This document shows, piece by piece, positions 1 through 11,453 of a DNA stretch of 64,000 nucleotides. Each line of letters opens with the position of its first letter. Position 1 is the stretch's first letter. The position numbers were made by a program, and so were the translations under genes. The notes below the pieces were generated by a model. That model was not told the DNA's origin. It was given only the letters and a program-made list of their open reading frames with translations, and ran no database searches. This stretch comes from Octopus sinensis. Taxonomy: Eukaryota. The stretch lies in assembly GCF_006345805.1 (NCBI RefSeq), contig NC_043000.1, positions 102,362,001-102,426,000 of the forward strand. The letters are read 5' to 3'.

Positions 1-480
1 TGTATCTACGCTCTGAGTTTAAATTTCACCTAGGTCAGTTTTACCTTTCATCGTTTTGGAATCGGTAAATAAACAGTTAATATAATCTGTTCTCTACTCC
101 TCTTCCTCCTCCTCCTCTTCTTCTCTTCTTCTTCTTCTTCTTCTTCTCTACTTCCCTGTATTGTGCCTACTATTCTTCTGAAGTACAACCATTTGTTGCA
201 TGATTTAGCCTGAGAATTACCTCATGGGTACACATGCCTTCCAAATCCTTCGCCGCTTACGCGTCAATTTCACCAGTTGATTGAACAAATGAATCCTCAT
301 TTGCGAGTCCGATGGTGATTAGTATAAAAAACCATAATTGAAACGAAAGTAACCAGCATGACAAATGGATACATTTTTGTGTATGCTTGTATAATAAGAT
401 ATATTGAGTTTCATGAGATGGATCGTTTAGATAATGAGTCAGTGAAAGTGACACATTCGACCAGTAAAAATCTTTTCTAC

Positions 481-668
481 TCTAGGAACAAGACCCGAAA
501 TTTTGGAGGAGGCGGTCCAGTCGATAGATCGACACCAGTACACGCAACTGGTACTTAATTTATCGACCCCGAAAGGATGAAAAGCAAAGTCTACCACGGT
601 GGAATTTGAACTCAGAACGTAAAGACAGACGAGATACCGTTATGTATTTCGCCCCCGGCGTGCTAACG
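481..668 (-). mobile_element. tRNA-derived SINE family S1 (Deu/Nin-domain-like), head truncated
   Basis: Reverse complement of the consensus seen >20 times here: ggcgagctggcagaatcgttagc (A box) ... gagttcaaattcc (B box) ... gcctttcatcctttcggggtcgataaattaagtaccag. The central motif resembles the Deu/Nin domain (from memory). Confidence 0.85.
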
Positions 669-1297
669 AGCAGAAATGAATATTCCAAGTGTTCCGTTGA
701 TGGTGCTATACCGGTTTTGCTAATTTACCGCCTCCGACGTTACTAATGACGAAAACAGTCTTTATCAAAGGAATCAAAGGAAGATATTCAAATATGTGTG
801 TCTCTAATATGAAAAAAGTGTTTGTACACTAGTACATGCATGCACACAAGCACACACGCATTCGACCAGCGAAAATGCTTCATATATCAATGCAATTAAT
901 TCAGATGATGAGTCGACAGAATTGTTAGTTAATTGTATAGGACAGAAGAATTGAGCGTAGCCAAGGAAACAGCATACCCACATTGCATGAAAATTCTCGT
1001 CGTTTAGCTCTGATTAAGCAGATCTATGATCAAAAGAATTCCAGCTAAGACCATCTACTCTTTTCTTTAAGACTCTGTCTCGAACAGAATATCAAACCGT
1101 AATATAAATGCGGTGTGGTGTGAATCGATGACTATTTAGCTGGTATTACAAACAGTTTTAGTGACCACATATGGGGTTCTCTCATTGGCACTTAAAAGTT
1201 TTAGTGTAGCGTGTTCGTAGTTGATTGTAAGCTTCTTGTAAAATCTGCTTGTGACACCGTTTCGTTTCCTGGTATTGTAATTATATCAGTAAACGAA

Positions 1298-1515
1298 CGT
1301 GGCTTAGTGGTTAAAGTGTCGCATTCATGATCGTGGTTTCGATTCCTAGACCGGGCAGTGCGTTATGTTCTTGAGTAAAACATTCCATTCCACATTGCTC
1401 TAGTCCACTCATCTGTAAATGAGTAACCTTGAGATGATTAGCGCTTCGTTCATGAAGGGTATTGTGATCTCGGTCCCTCATACGCCATGGAAACCGGATA
1501 ACATTCTCTATGAGA
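1298..1515 (+). mobile_element. tRNA-headed SINE (CORE/Meta-like central domain), decayed
   Basis: gtggcttagtggttaaag (A box) ... ggtttcgattcc (B box), then cttgagtaaaacattccattccacattgctctagtccactcatctgtaaatgagtaacc. Related copies at 42950-43180 (+) and 62085-62195 (-). Confidence 0.7.
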
Positions 1516-1723
1516 CTCAGAACTCGAAACAATAATGTTCATCGGTAGATGATAATGATAACTATATCACGCCTCACATCACCTAATGTTCCTCAGAAAA
1601 CCACGTACACTACGCGTACCCGATGTCATTACTTTACTGACACCATTAATCAATTAAAAAGAAAGGAATAAACTCCATGGCTCTTTATTACCCTTGTACT
1701 TCATAGAATCTGTGATAGGATCT

Positions 1724-2000
1724 CTCGACCTGTTAATAATAGCTACTAAATATCTCTTTACTCACATCCTGCCGTCTTTGAAAAGTACTCGTTCTATACT
1801 TTGGTCCTGGGTTCTTTACACACAGGACAAAATAGTATGGTCAAGGCTGGAGCGCTTTTGGCCATAGCTCTGTTTGATCAGACAACTCTAGTTTTAAAAG
1901 CAAATCACTCTGTCCTTTTACGGGTAATCACTTCCTATTCTAAAGACAGTGGGGTGTAATTTAGGGAATATTAAGTTGTTTTTGCTTGCAAAACAAACGA
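1724..2000. mobile_element. MITE-like element with diverged inverted ends
   Basis: 1724-1785 (ctcgacctgttaataatagctactaaatatctc...gccgtctttg) is roughly the reverse complement of 1941-2000 (taaagacagtggggtgtaatttaggg...). The same motif recurs near 14800, 15000, 31830, 34100-34200 and 53870. Confidence 0.5.
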
Positions 2001-2154
2001 TGACGACGAGGTTCCCTCTATAGCTTTTCTGTTGATATTTATTCCCAGTTGCGTCCTTGCAGCACAGACATATGATGAAAGCCATTAGCATGCCATCTGT
2101 TTCTCGTTTGTAGATCTGAGCGACTACTGTGGTCTCTGTTTCTAAATTCTAGAT

Positions 2155-2463
2155 AGGCGCAGGCATGGCTGTGTCCTAAGAAGCTTGCTTCCCAACCACA
2201 TAGTGCAGGGTTCATACCCACTGCGTGGCACCTTGGGTATGCGTCTTCAACTATAGCCTTGGGTCGCTTAAAACCTGGTGAGTGGATTTGGTAAACGGTA
2301 ACAGAAGGAATCTGCGGTTGGGCAAACGAGACCGATAAAATAAGTAACAAGATTAAAGAATAAAAGTGCATACTGGGGTCGATTCATTCGACTAAATTTT
2401 CTTCAAGGCAGTGCCACAGCATGGCCACAGTCTAACGACCGATACAACTAAAGTGGTAAAAGA
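2155..2463 (+). mobile_element. CORE-like tRNA-derived SINE family S2
   Basis: Head aggcgcagg..ggctgtg, cccactgcgtggcaccttggg, gtgagtggatttggta, and 3' cagcatggccacagtc; matches the best copy at 42404-42805. Confidence 0.8.
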
Positions 2464-2889
2464 TAAAAAAATAAAGACAACGCAACCCAACGTCACTTTG
2501 GCTAAGACAATACAGTGTGATTTGAGGAAAATTACCCAGAGTTACTTTGGCTAAGGCAATGAGGATGGTTTGAGGGAGACTTAGTTGGTTTTCTAGCGAG
2601 CTAATGTACACATAAAGGTTTCTATATCTGCTCATGAAAGGATGCAAATATTTTTGTATAGATTCTCTTGAATTATAACCGCTAATATCCTGAAAATAGA
2701 TATGCGTGTTAATCATACTTATTTCCCATAAAATCACTCAGCCTCCATGTCTATATCAATTTGCCAAGGAATCATAATTTTTACTATGAAAATCGAATAG
2801 ATTCAGTTACTTCACTTTTTTTCTAAGACGTGTCTATCAATGAATGAGAAAGCCTATTGAATTCGAAGGAGTTGTTTAGGAGGTTGTAC

Positions 2890-3188
2890 ACGTATACATA
2901 CATATACACACATGCACACTCACACACATATACATACACATATACACACATATACACACATATACACACACATACACACAACACACATACACATACATAT
3001 ATATATATAGGCGTGTGTACGTAAATGTACATATGTAAATATGCATGTATATATACATATTTGTGTATATACATATGCATGAGAGAGACTGCGAAGCAGA
3101 GGGACAGACAGATAGTAGACATATATGTATATATATACATAAATATATATGTGTGTGTGTGTGTCTGAGTGTATGTGTGTATACACAC

Positions 3189-3234
<46 letters not shown>

Positions 3235-3395
3235 ACACACACACTCACATATATATATATATGTGTGTGTGTATACGCATACACACATCTATACAATATA
3301 TATGTACATTATATATATACATCACATATACATTATATATGTATAAAGCGCATCATATATATGGAATTATATGTGTAATTATATACATATATATA

Positions 3396-3466
<71 letters not shown>

Positions 3467-3505
3467 TATATATATACACAGACATATACAAGTGTGTGTG
3501 TGTTG
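2890..3505. repeat. Compound (CA)/(TA)/(TG) microsatellite field
   Basis: Direct reading; accounts for the six overlapping YIYI/CVCV ORFs. Confidence 0.95.
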
Positions 3506-4164
3506 CTATCGAGGAGAAATTAAGTAATCCAGGCGGTTATATGAGATTTGTTTCCCGTTGCGAAGTATAAAGAGTGATGAATAGAAGATACCTCATTACA
3601 TATATTCCATGGTTTACATTTGTTTCAGCAACGTAAGAACTAATAAAATACCATGCCTACAGACATGGATGATAACGACTACGTAATGTTATATTATAGC
3701 ACCAGCAGTCATTTAAACATAACCAATGGGAGATTTCATGTAATGTTATATACTTCACTTTTCACTTATTTGTAGCTGTTTCTACAAGCATTTCTTTATA
3801 CAGCCTTTTATTTATACTCCCTAGGAAATCTCCCATTCCCTGGGGCTGTTTTAGCTTCGGCGTATTGTATGTTTCTTGGTCTGTTTTTGGAATTTGCATA
3901 TGAGTAGGTATGTTGTATGGCATTCATTCTTAGTGATTAAAATCTATCTTCCAAAATCTCTGCGCGTCTATCTAATTCAATAGCTCCGAAAATATATTTA
4001 AGTATCCCTAGTTATTTATATTTCTGCAGCAAAACTGCACACTGAGGGTGATTTTCTTTACCTTTCTAAAAACATATTTCGGACATAAATGAGTTAAGCG
4101 CTTCATTCGTTTATCCGTTCTTGTTGAAATTATCGTCCAAACGACCGTGATGTAAGCGTGACTC

Positions 4165-4432
4165 TACTATAGCCTAGGGCCGACCATAATCTTCAGTGGA
4201 TATGGTGGAAAAAAACTGAAAGAAACCAGTCGTGTATGTGTGTGTGTCTGTGTGTGTATGTGTTTGTGTGTGTATCTGTGTTTGTTACCCACCACCACTT
4301 GACAACTGGTGTCAGTATGTTTATGTCCTCGTAACTTAGCGGTTCGGCAAAAGATACCGATTGAATAAGTACCAGGGTCGATTCGTTCGACTAAAAATTC
4401 TTCAAGCAGTACCCCAGCATGGCCGCAATCTA
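4165..4432 (+). mobile_element. SINE family S2, 5'-truncated
   Basis: tatagcctagggccgacc ... aacttagcggttcggcaaaagataccga ... cagcatggccgcaatc. Confidence 0.8.
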
Positions 4433-4433
4433 A

Positions 4434-4518
<85 letters not shown>

Positions 4519-4520
<2 letters not shown>

Positions 4521-5600
4521 TGGTTGTTTACTCCTTATGCAGAGTCTGACAGCTTCCTGTACCTACACCTTAGCACCTTCATGGCGTCTGATGTGGCTTT
4601 TTAAACCAAACAATGTTCTGAAAAGACACCCACATAGATTGCACCTCTGATTTGAACCACCAAGACCTGCAGATAAGTTCTGCTCCTTGTGGATCTTAAA
4701 ATGTCTTTTATACACTGCATTCAAAGCTGTGCACAGACATATAGGTAAAATAGTTGGTCGAGGTTCGTTTTCCATGGGTTCGCAGATCAGATTTGAGCCC
4801 AGCAAAAGACAGGTTGGTCTGTCACAGACTGTGCACACAAAAAGTTCATTGTCATTCACCTTCTCGATCGTTACATTCTTCCTTAGATCTCTTTTGAGTC
4901 TTACATGCGTTATCCTGGCCTCTTCAAATGCTTTCACTCCACTCCACACTTTTGTTCACCATCCAACTCGATCCGAAGCAAGGGTTTCTATGTCTCCCGG
5001 GTCGATTCCAAGTGACTTCATAGTAGTCCTTATGCCGTCCTTAAACTTATTTTTAGGTTTACGCCGATAGAGTTTCCCCTCAGCAAACCCACCATAAAAC
5101 AGCGGTTTTGGCATGCGTTCATCTGCCATTCGAACAATATGGCCACACCATCTCATTTGGTTCCTCAAAATCATAGTTTTAATTGAAGTGATGCCTGCAG
5201 TTTCAAAGACATCTGTGTTTGGAGTAAAAGAACTCCATTTAATTTTTAAAATGCGATGTAGGCATTTTTGGTGGAATTGTGCTAACAATTTAAAATGCTT
5301 TTCATAACAAGTCCAAGTTTCACAGGAATACAAGAAGGATGGTAAGACAAATGATTTGTAAAGAGCCAGCTTTGTATTCTTATTTATAAGTCTCTAGCAC
5401 CAAACGCGTGACTCCAAGCTACTAAATGCTTATGTTGTCCTTTTAATTCGCAGCTGTATTTCTGTATCAAGATTTTCATCATTTTGAACAAAGCTTCCAA
5501 GGTAGATGAACGAATTGACATCCTAAAGTAACTTACCCTTAACAAAAATTTTAGCGGGGTTACAAACAGCACCACATGCAGGTTGACGCATTACAATTTT
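4519..5600 (-). mobile_element. RTE-clade LINE, 5'-truncated (end of RT, C-terminal zinc fingers, 3' UTR)
   Basis: Translations KIVMRQP..., F.YLGS, YSCETWT, FHQKCLHRILKIKW, RWCGHIVRM.DERMPK.LFYG are typical RTE RT and post-RT motifs. Ends ...ctctgcataaggagtaaacaaccacc, followed by (TA)n at 4438-4518. Frameshifted. Confidence 0.9.
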
Positions 5601-5995
5601 TACCTCCCAGCAATAACGTAGCAGCGAGGAAGCAACGGCTAGCGCAATTTGTTTCTCGCGACGAATCTTACCTAGTAGTAATTGTGTTACAAATGATTTT
5701 CCGGTATCTCTAGCAGCATCGAGGAAAAAATGTTTTCCAACGGCACTGACGACAGTTTCGTACACCAGCCTCTGACCAAGGAGCAATTTCGGTTCATTTA
5801 CTCTCAGGTACTCCACAAGGCTATCATTGTCATACGACAACTCCAGAAGTAACTTTGGTGGAAGTGTGTTAACGTTATGAGGCAATGAGAATGGCAAACC
5901 GAATGTGTTCAACGCTGCCCCACCCATTTTGAGCAGGGCATCATCGATTTCAATCAGCGCATTATTGTAGATCATATCATTGTATCCGATGTCAG
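5601..5995 (-). mobile_element. Helitron Rep/Hel PIF1-like helicase fragment
   Basis: ORF 5523-5975: IYNNALIEIDD.L..MGG..L..FGLP...Q+.VYETV...FFLDA..TGKSFV..LLL.KIR...IALAVASS, then AATLLLGG in a shifted frame (Walker A region of Helitron helicases). Confidence 0.85.
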
Positions 5996-6109
5996 CATTA
6001 GTGCATTGTTTCTTTGCCAGTCATCATTTGCCTTGACCACCGAGAAAGCAACATTACGTACAGAGAATTTCATAAACAGAAATGAATGGAAAAAAGGTTT
6101 TATATTAAA

Positions 6110-6915
6110 CTAGCAGTATTGCCCGGCTCGTGCGCTCGTGCGCTCGGGCGTTCTATGCACGCGCGAATTAAGCTAAACTTGGATAAAGTTCAATCAAAAT
6201 TCAATTATTTTGGTTTTAAAATCAAGCATTTAATGCCCTCTATTTTTGCGCTTATGTGTTCCATTTCCTCAATAGGAAGTACGTAGAAGCGTTTCATAAA
6301 TTTTTGTTGATCAAATAATTGCATTGTAGAATTATTCTTTTAGATCAGTATTTCTCAACGGGGATTTCAGGGAAGAGTTTCAGGGAGTCGCTGGCGATGT
6401 ATCGTGATGATAAAAAATCCGGCCTGCTAAAATTTGGTTAAAGTGATTCAAACTGCAGACTCAACGCAAAATGGTCACATTTAATTCAAAGCGTTAAAAG
6501 TGTTATGAAAACAATTGGTAAGTGTTCACAAAGTCCAAAAGATTAATACGAAAAAACCCTCCAGGCTACATCCCGAAAATTCATTTCTTTGCCGAATTTC
6601 TACAATGTTTACGGCGATTCGTTTTTAAATCCTGATTTTTTATTTTTCATGCAATTTACGCATGCTTGCACGCGTGGTGAACACAGTTCACGTCAAACAG
6701 CTGACTGAGTAATGCATGGGATAAGGCCTAAACAAACACATTATCGATTTTTGCACTTTCCAGATGAATTTCTGAGCAGAAATAGCGCAGTTCAATTTTC
6801 ATTCGCCTAAACTTTAAGTGACCCATTTTTGGTGGTTCTACGATTTGTTGGCTAGGAGGAGATGTGCCGGGAAGTTAAACACACAGACACACAAGTTGAG
6901 TTTTATATATATAGA
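6110..6915 (-). mobile_element. Non-autonomous Helitron, 806 bp
   Basis: Minus strand starts A|TCTATATATA and ends with a GC-rich hairpin-like tract, then gggcaatactgCTAG|T: canonical 5'-TC, 3'-CTAG and A|T insertion. Confidence 0.8.
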
Positions 6916-6930
6916 TTTTTAGATTAACGT

Positions 6931-7340
6931 TTGCATGATTTTCACTAAGAAAAAAAATTGGATTTTTTGCATGGAATCAACTACCTTGGTCTCCTAATAT
7001 GCTACAAAACCCTTTTTGTGGTCCGAAAAACGGGATGAGATGTGGTGGAAGCCTCAGATATTTCACCACCCCCATACTCATTGATCTTTTCACCATCTAT
7101 TTTTCAATGTACGTGGAAAAGTACAGATATTAAGAATATGGAAACATTTTTTTTAATCTCAAATTTACCATGAAAATCTCCAGGCAAATTCTTAGATAAC
7201 ACTCGCACGATTTTCACTAAGAAATAAAATCGGATTTTTTGCGTGGAATCAACTACGCTGGCCTCCTAATATGCTGCAAAACTATTTTTGTGGTCCGAGA
7301 AATGGGGTGAGGTGTGGTGGAACCTCGGAAATGTTACCCA
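6931..7340. repeat. Diverged tandem duplication, ~272-bp period
   Basis: gcatgattttcactaagaaa...ggaatcaactac...ctcctaatatgct.caaaac...gtggtccga...gtggtggaa occurs at ~6933 and ~7205. Confidence 0.8.
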
Positions 7341-8257
7341 TTTATATTGTGTAATTCACTGACAAATTGTTACCTACCTCTTTGTTTCTATGTTGTTAAA
7401 TAAATGGTTCTCAACAAAACACTTTTTTCCTCGGCGTAAAATAAAAACAAAACTCTTTCGCACACAAAGTAATGTGTGTGTGTGAAGGAGGGGGAAAAGA
7501 TGAACGATTTAAAATAAATGATTTAAAATAAATATAATTTAATTGTTGTATGAGAAAGTATATATAATCTGATTATAAAATATAGTCTTTCAAAAACATC
7601 CTAAATTTGAATACTATATCTCGTGTTTAAGAAAAAAAAACATTTTACATTTTTACTTTCAGTGAACGCTGTCACTTACTCTCTTTCCCTTATACATACA
7701 CACACATACATCAACACAATTCTCTCCCTCACACACACACATCCTGCCTTTTATATATACAGATGTATATATATATATATGGAGAGAGAGAGAGAGAGAT
7801 ACATACATACATATATATATATACATATTAACATACACACATGTGTATGAGTGTGAGCGCTTGTGTATGTGTGCGTGAGAGAGAGAGAGAGAAAGAGAGA
7901 GAGAGGGAGGGAGACAGAAAGACAGACAGGCAGACAGACAGACCAAAGGCGTAAATTACGTTAGTTCACCAGCGACTGCCGTGGAGAATAGTCGCCGAAA
8001 TATCGAGATACCCTGTGAAAAAAAAAGTAACCAAAAGAAAAGACAGTGGTAAATAGTAGACATATTTCTTAAGTAGTATTTTGAAGTTGATTCGTGTCGT
8101 TCGTTTAATTTAGATAAAAGTCTTGGTACCGACCACCTGTTGAATCTTTGTGCATTCACAGTGTAAGGTGAACTAAAAAATGTGTGTGTTTCTATGTATG
8201 TATGTTTGTATGTATGTATGTATTATGTATATTTGTATGTATATATATATATATATA

Positions 8258-8464
8258 GTTAATCCAAACATGAAAACACAAAGAGAAAACACAACAACGC
8301 GAGGACGTGGAACAATTATAATATTATTGGACGCTCAGGAAAGAAGGGAAGAAGGAGGGTTTAACGTTTCGAGCGGAGCTTTTCGTCGGAAACATAGAAG
8401 GAAAGATCCAGAGAAGGGAAGACAGAAGAAAAAAATCGCCAACGGTACACAGGCGGTCACATTT
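8258..8464 (-). mobile_element. ~210-bp (TA)n-embedded element with minimal hammerhead-like motif (Penelope/retrozyme-like)
   Basis: Homologous to 48027-48243; both copies are flanked by (TA)n. Minus strand 8393-8359 reads gttt CCGACGA aaagc tcc gctc GAAAC GTT aaac. Confidence 0.6.
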
Positions 8465-8644
8465 ATATATATATATATATAAGATATAAGTTAGATCTTT
8501 GAAAACCATCTAAGGGATAGATGTATCCAAAGGCACTCTGCCTGGTAATTACCTCAGTATGTATGGTCCTTGTTATAACTGGGTAATTTAAAGGTAAACT
8601 GTAGTTTAATGACGATAAGAAAACGGAGAAATAAATAACAATGT

Positions 8645-9086
8645 GATAAATTCAATTATAAGAAAATAGTAAAATATAGGAAAATAGTAAGGTAGCGTAT
8701 TACGTAGAATAAGTATAAAGTTCCGTAATTAATTCAATTATAATGTGGGTTGTGTAAGCTAATTGGTATGTAGGAAAGTTAAAGGGAGGTAATACGAACT
8801 TAAGTAGGTTCGCTTTGACATTCATATAGGAGATAGCGGTATATAAGGGCAAAGCGGGTTTATCGATATTTTGCGAATACGAATCGGCCTTTATGCAAAT
8901 AAAAATATTATTTTCATGTCTCCTATTAAGTAGAGGTGATTTGGCCATTCAAATAGTTTTACGGTTATACAAAGTTCACAGGCTTCTTGTTAATGTTATA
9001 CGAGGAAGTTTTGGCTAGGATACGCCATTCTAAACTAAGTTTACTATTTTCCTATATTTTACTATTTTCTTATAATTTAATTTATC
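8645..9086. repeat. 46-bp inverted repeat with 350-bp spacer
   Basis: 8645-8690 vs reverse complement of 9041-9086: 45/46 identical. Confidence 0.9.
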
Positions 9087-9782
9087 TCGTGAGCTAGGCA
9101 ACCAACTCTTTTTACACGCGATAAATTTCCTCCTTTTGATCGTATTGGTTTCTATGCTCTCTTCAAACCTATACATTATTCCGGTACATAGTCCGTTTGC
9201 ACTCTGTATCGTATAGATTCTTGATATAAACTTTACTCGTAGATTACGGTTTCCATAGAAAATATACGAACTAACTTACAACCTACAAATTAGTGCCACA
9301 TAGGTCCATGGAACTATACCAGATATCCGCAATAGAGATATCTCCCTCGAATTACATCGGCGGTCAACAAGCCGAACCTACGGACACGTGTAAGCTATGT
9401 TAACCAATTACGACACCTTATATATTCACCTAACTTTCTTCTCATCTATCATACAATGGATTCACTGAACTTTGAACCAAACTAAAATGTAAGACTATCA
9501 AATTATTGAACATTTTCTTCTGCCTGGTTTTTTTCCTTACACTTTCTTTCTCCTTATTCCCTTTTGTTTATCTTTGCTTTCTTCGTTCTTATGATGTATA
9601 TCAGTTGCAATGAAATAAATACATAATTACTCCAGCCTGATATTCGGAAACAGCTGTAAGCTTACTCTATCATACTCCCATCTTAATTAATTAAATAATG
9701 GCTTTATAACACCAAAGATCCACTTCTCATTGTTATTCATTTCCCCATTTTCTTATCGTCTCTCTCTCTCTCTATATATATA

Positions 9783-9866
<84 letters not shown>

Positions 9867-9889
9867 TATGTATGTATGTATGTATCTGT

Positions 9890-9958
<69 letters not shown>

Positions 9959-9986
9959 TGATTGATTGATTGATGATTGATTGATT

Positions 9987-10020
<34 letters not shown>

Positions 10021-10039
10021 ATAGATAGATAGATAGATA

Positions 10040-10911
10040 AGTTTCTTTATTGGCCACACAGGGCTGCACACAGATGGGACAAGTTACAAGGTAGAGCTTT
10101 TCTTTTGGGGGAGAAAAAAAAGGTGGCGTAGCTTTTCGATCAAAAGGGATCGTAAAAGGGAAAAAAGAACAAAAAAAAAGAAAAAAAGGAAAATAAAAAA
10201 AGAAAAAAGGGAAAAAAAGAGAAGAAAAATGAAAAAAGAAGAAAAAAGAGGAAAAAAGGGGGAGAGGAAAAAAAACGATCAATAGGGATCGTGTATCACA
10301 GTGTCATGATGTATGGTGTAAAGGGGAAAGCAAGTAAGGTTTATCCGTGGGAAGAAAAGCCTACGAAAAAGACCACGGTAACCTTGGTCAATATTGTTAT
10401 ATATTACCACATTTGTTTGCAAGTGGGTAACCCTCTGTTTTCAATTTTTGGGTTCATAGGATTATGCTCACGGTGGCTTCGTCATTCATACGTGCCATCC
10501 TTGCTACATTCACCCATCTTTTTTTAAAACGTTCGCTAGACAAAACTTGCCTCTCTACTCTCACTTTCCTTTTCAAGTGGTACTTGAAGAAGTTGATGAG
10601 AGGCTGACCAGAGAGGAAAGTGTTTGTCTCCAATCCTTTCAGACGCGTCCACCAGATACATTCTTTCGCCATAGCCACAAAGATGATGAAAATAGCTCTT
10701 CCTTCCCGTTTGAAGAAAGGAGGCGTGACAATATTGACGATAGACTCAGCTGATAAACCGACTCGTCCCACACGTGACAGCAGTTGTTCGACATAAGCCC
10801 ACAGGTCGGAAATTGTTGGACACTGCACGAGTGCATGCAGAACGGTTTCGTTGCTCTGACCGCATTTCGGGCAGGTCGGCCCCTTGTTTCTCGAGCCGTG
10901 TCTGTAGAGCT
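10040..10911 (-). mobile_element. L1/Tx1-like LINE 3' end (zinc-knuckle region of ORF2 plus 3' UTR)
   Basis: [32 protein letters not shown]...KRWVNVARM (zf-RVT-like C-x2-C...H...C); stop at 10454; 3' end ...agccctgtgtggccAATAAAgaaac; (GATA)n on both sides. Confidence 0.85.
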
Positions 10912-10967
<56 letters not shown>

Positions 10968-10968
10968 C

Positions 10969-11000
<32 letters not shown>

Positions 11001-11098
11001 GGATGGATGGATGGATGGATGGATGGATGGAAGGATGGATGGATGGATGGACGGACGGACGGACGGACGGACGGACGGACAGACAGATAGATAGATAT
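10912..11098. repeat. Stepwise compound tetranucleotide microsatellite GATA-GATG-GACG-GACA
   Basis: Direct reading. Confidence 0.95.
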
Positions 11099-11169
11099 GT
11101 GTGGTGTTTGTGTGTGTGTATGTGTGTGTGTATTTGTTGTGCGTGTGTGTCTGAATATACATATGCGTA

Positions 11170-11445
11170 CGTGCCTGGCACAGAGCCACCTATCTCAATA
11201 CCTATTCCCCCTCTCAGCTGATGCGTGTTTGGCTTGCAAATTACTTGGTAACATAAAATTACTTGGTAACATAAAAAGCACCCAGTACACTTCGGAAAGT
11301 GGTTAGTGATAGGAAGGGCATCTAGCGGTAGAAATAATATGAAAGATATCAATAGAGCTTGGTACAGACTCCTGGCTTGCCAGCTCCTATCAAACCGTGG
11401 CCCATGCTGCATAGAAAATGGGCGTTAAATGATAACGATGATGAT
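11170..11445 (+). mobile_element. SINE with RTE-type tail (Ceph-SINE-like), 5' decayed
   Basis: aaaagcacccagtacac...aaagtggttag..taggaagggcatctagc.gtagaaa ... cccatgc..catagaaaatgggcgttaaatgat(gat)n; internal 18-bp duplication aaattacttggtaacata. Confidence 0.6.
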
Positions 11446-11453
11446 TTTGATGC

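Noticed and set aside
2823-3527. Multiple 65-160 aa ORFs ([14 protein letters not shown])
   Set aside because: Stop-free translation of dinucleotide microsatellites; the same applies to ORFs at 9737-11412, 28501-28973, 46748-47338, 48888-49467, 55977-56543 and 60218-61683.
3629-3632. tttgtttcAG|caac|GTAAGA possible 4-nt microexon
   Set aside because: Frameshifting length, no supporting neighbours, and it lies beside decayed LINE sequence; likely chance.
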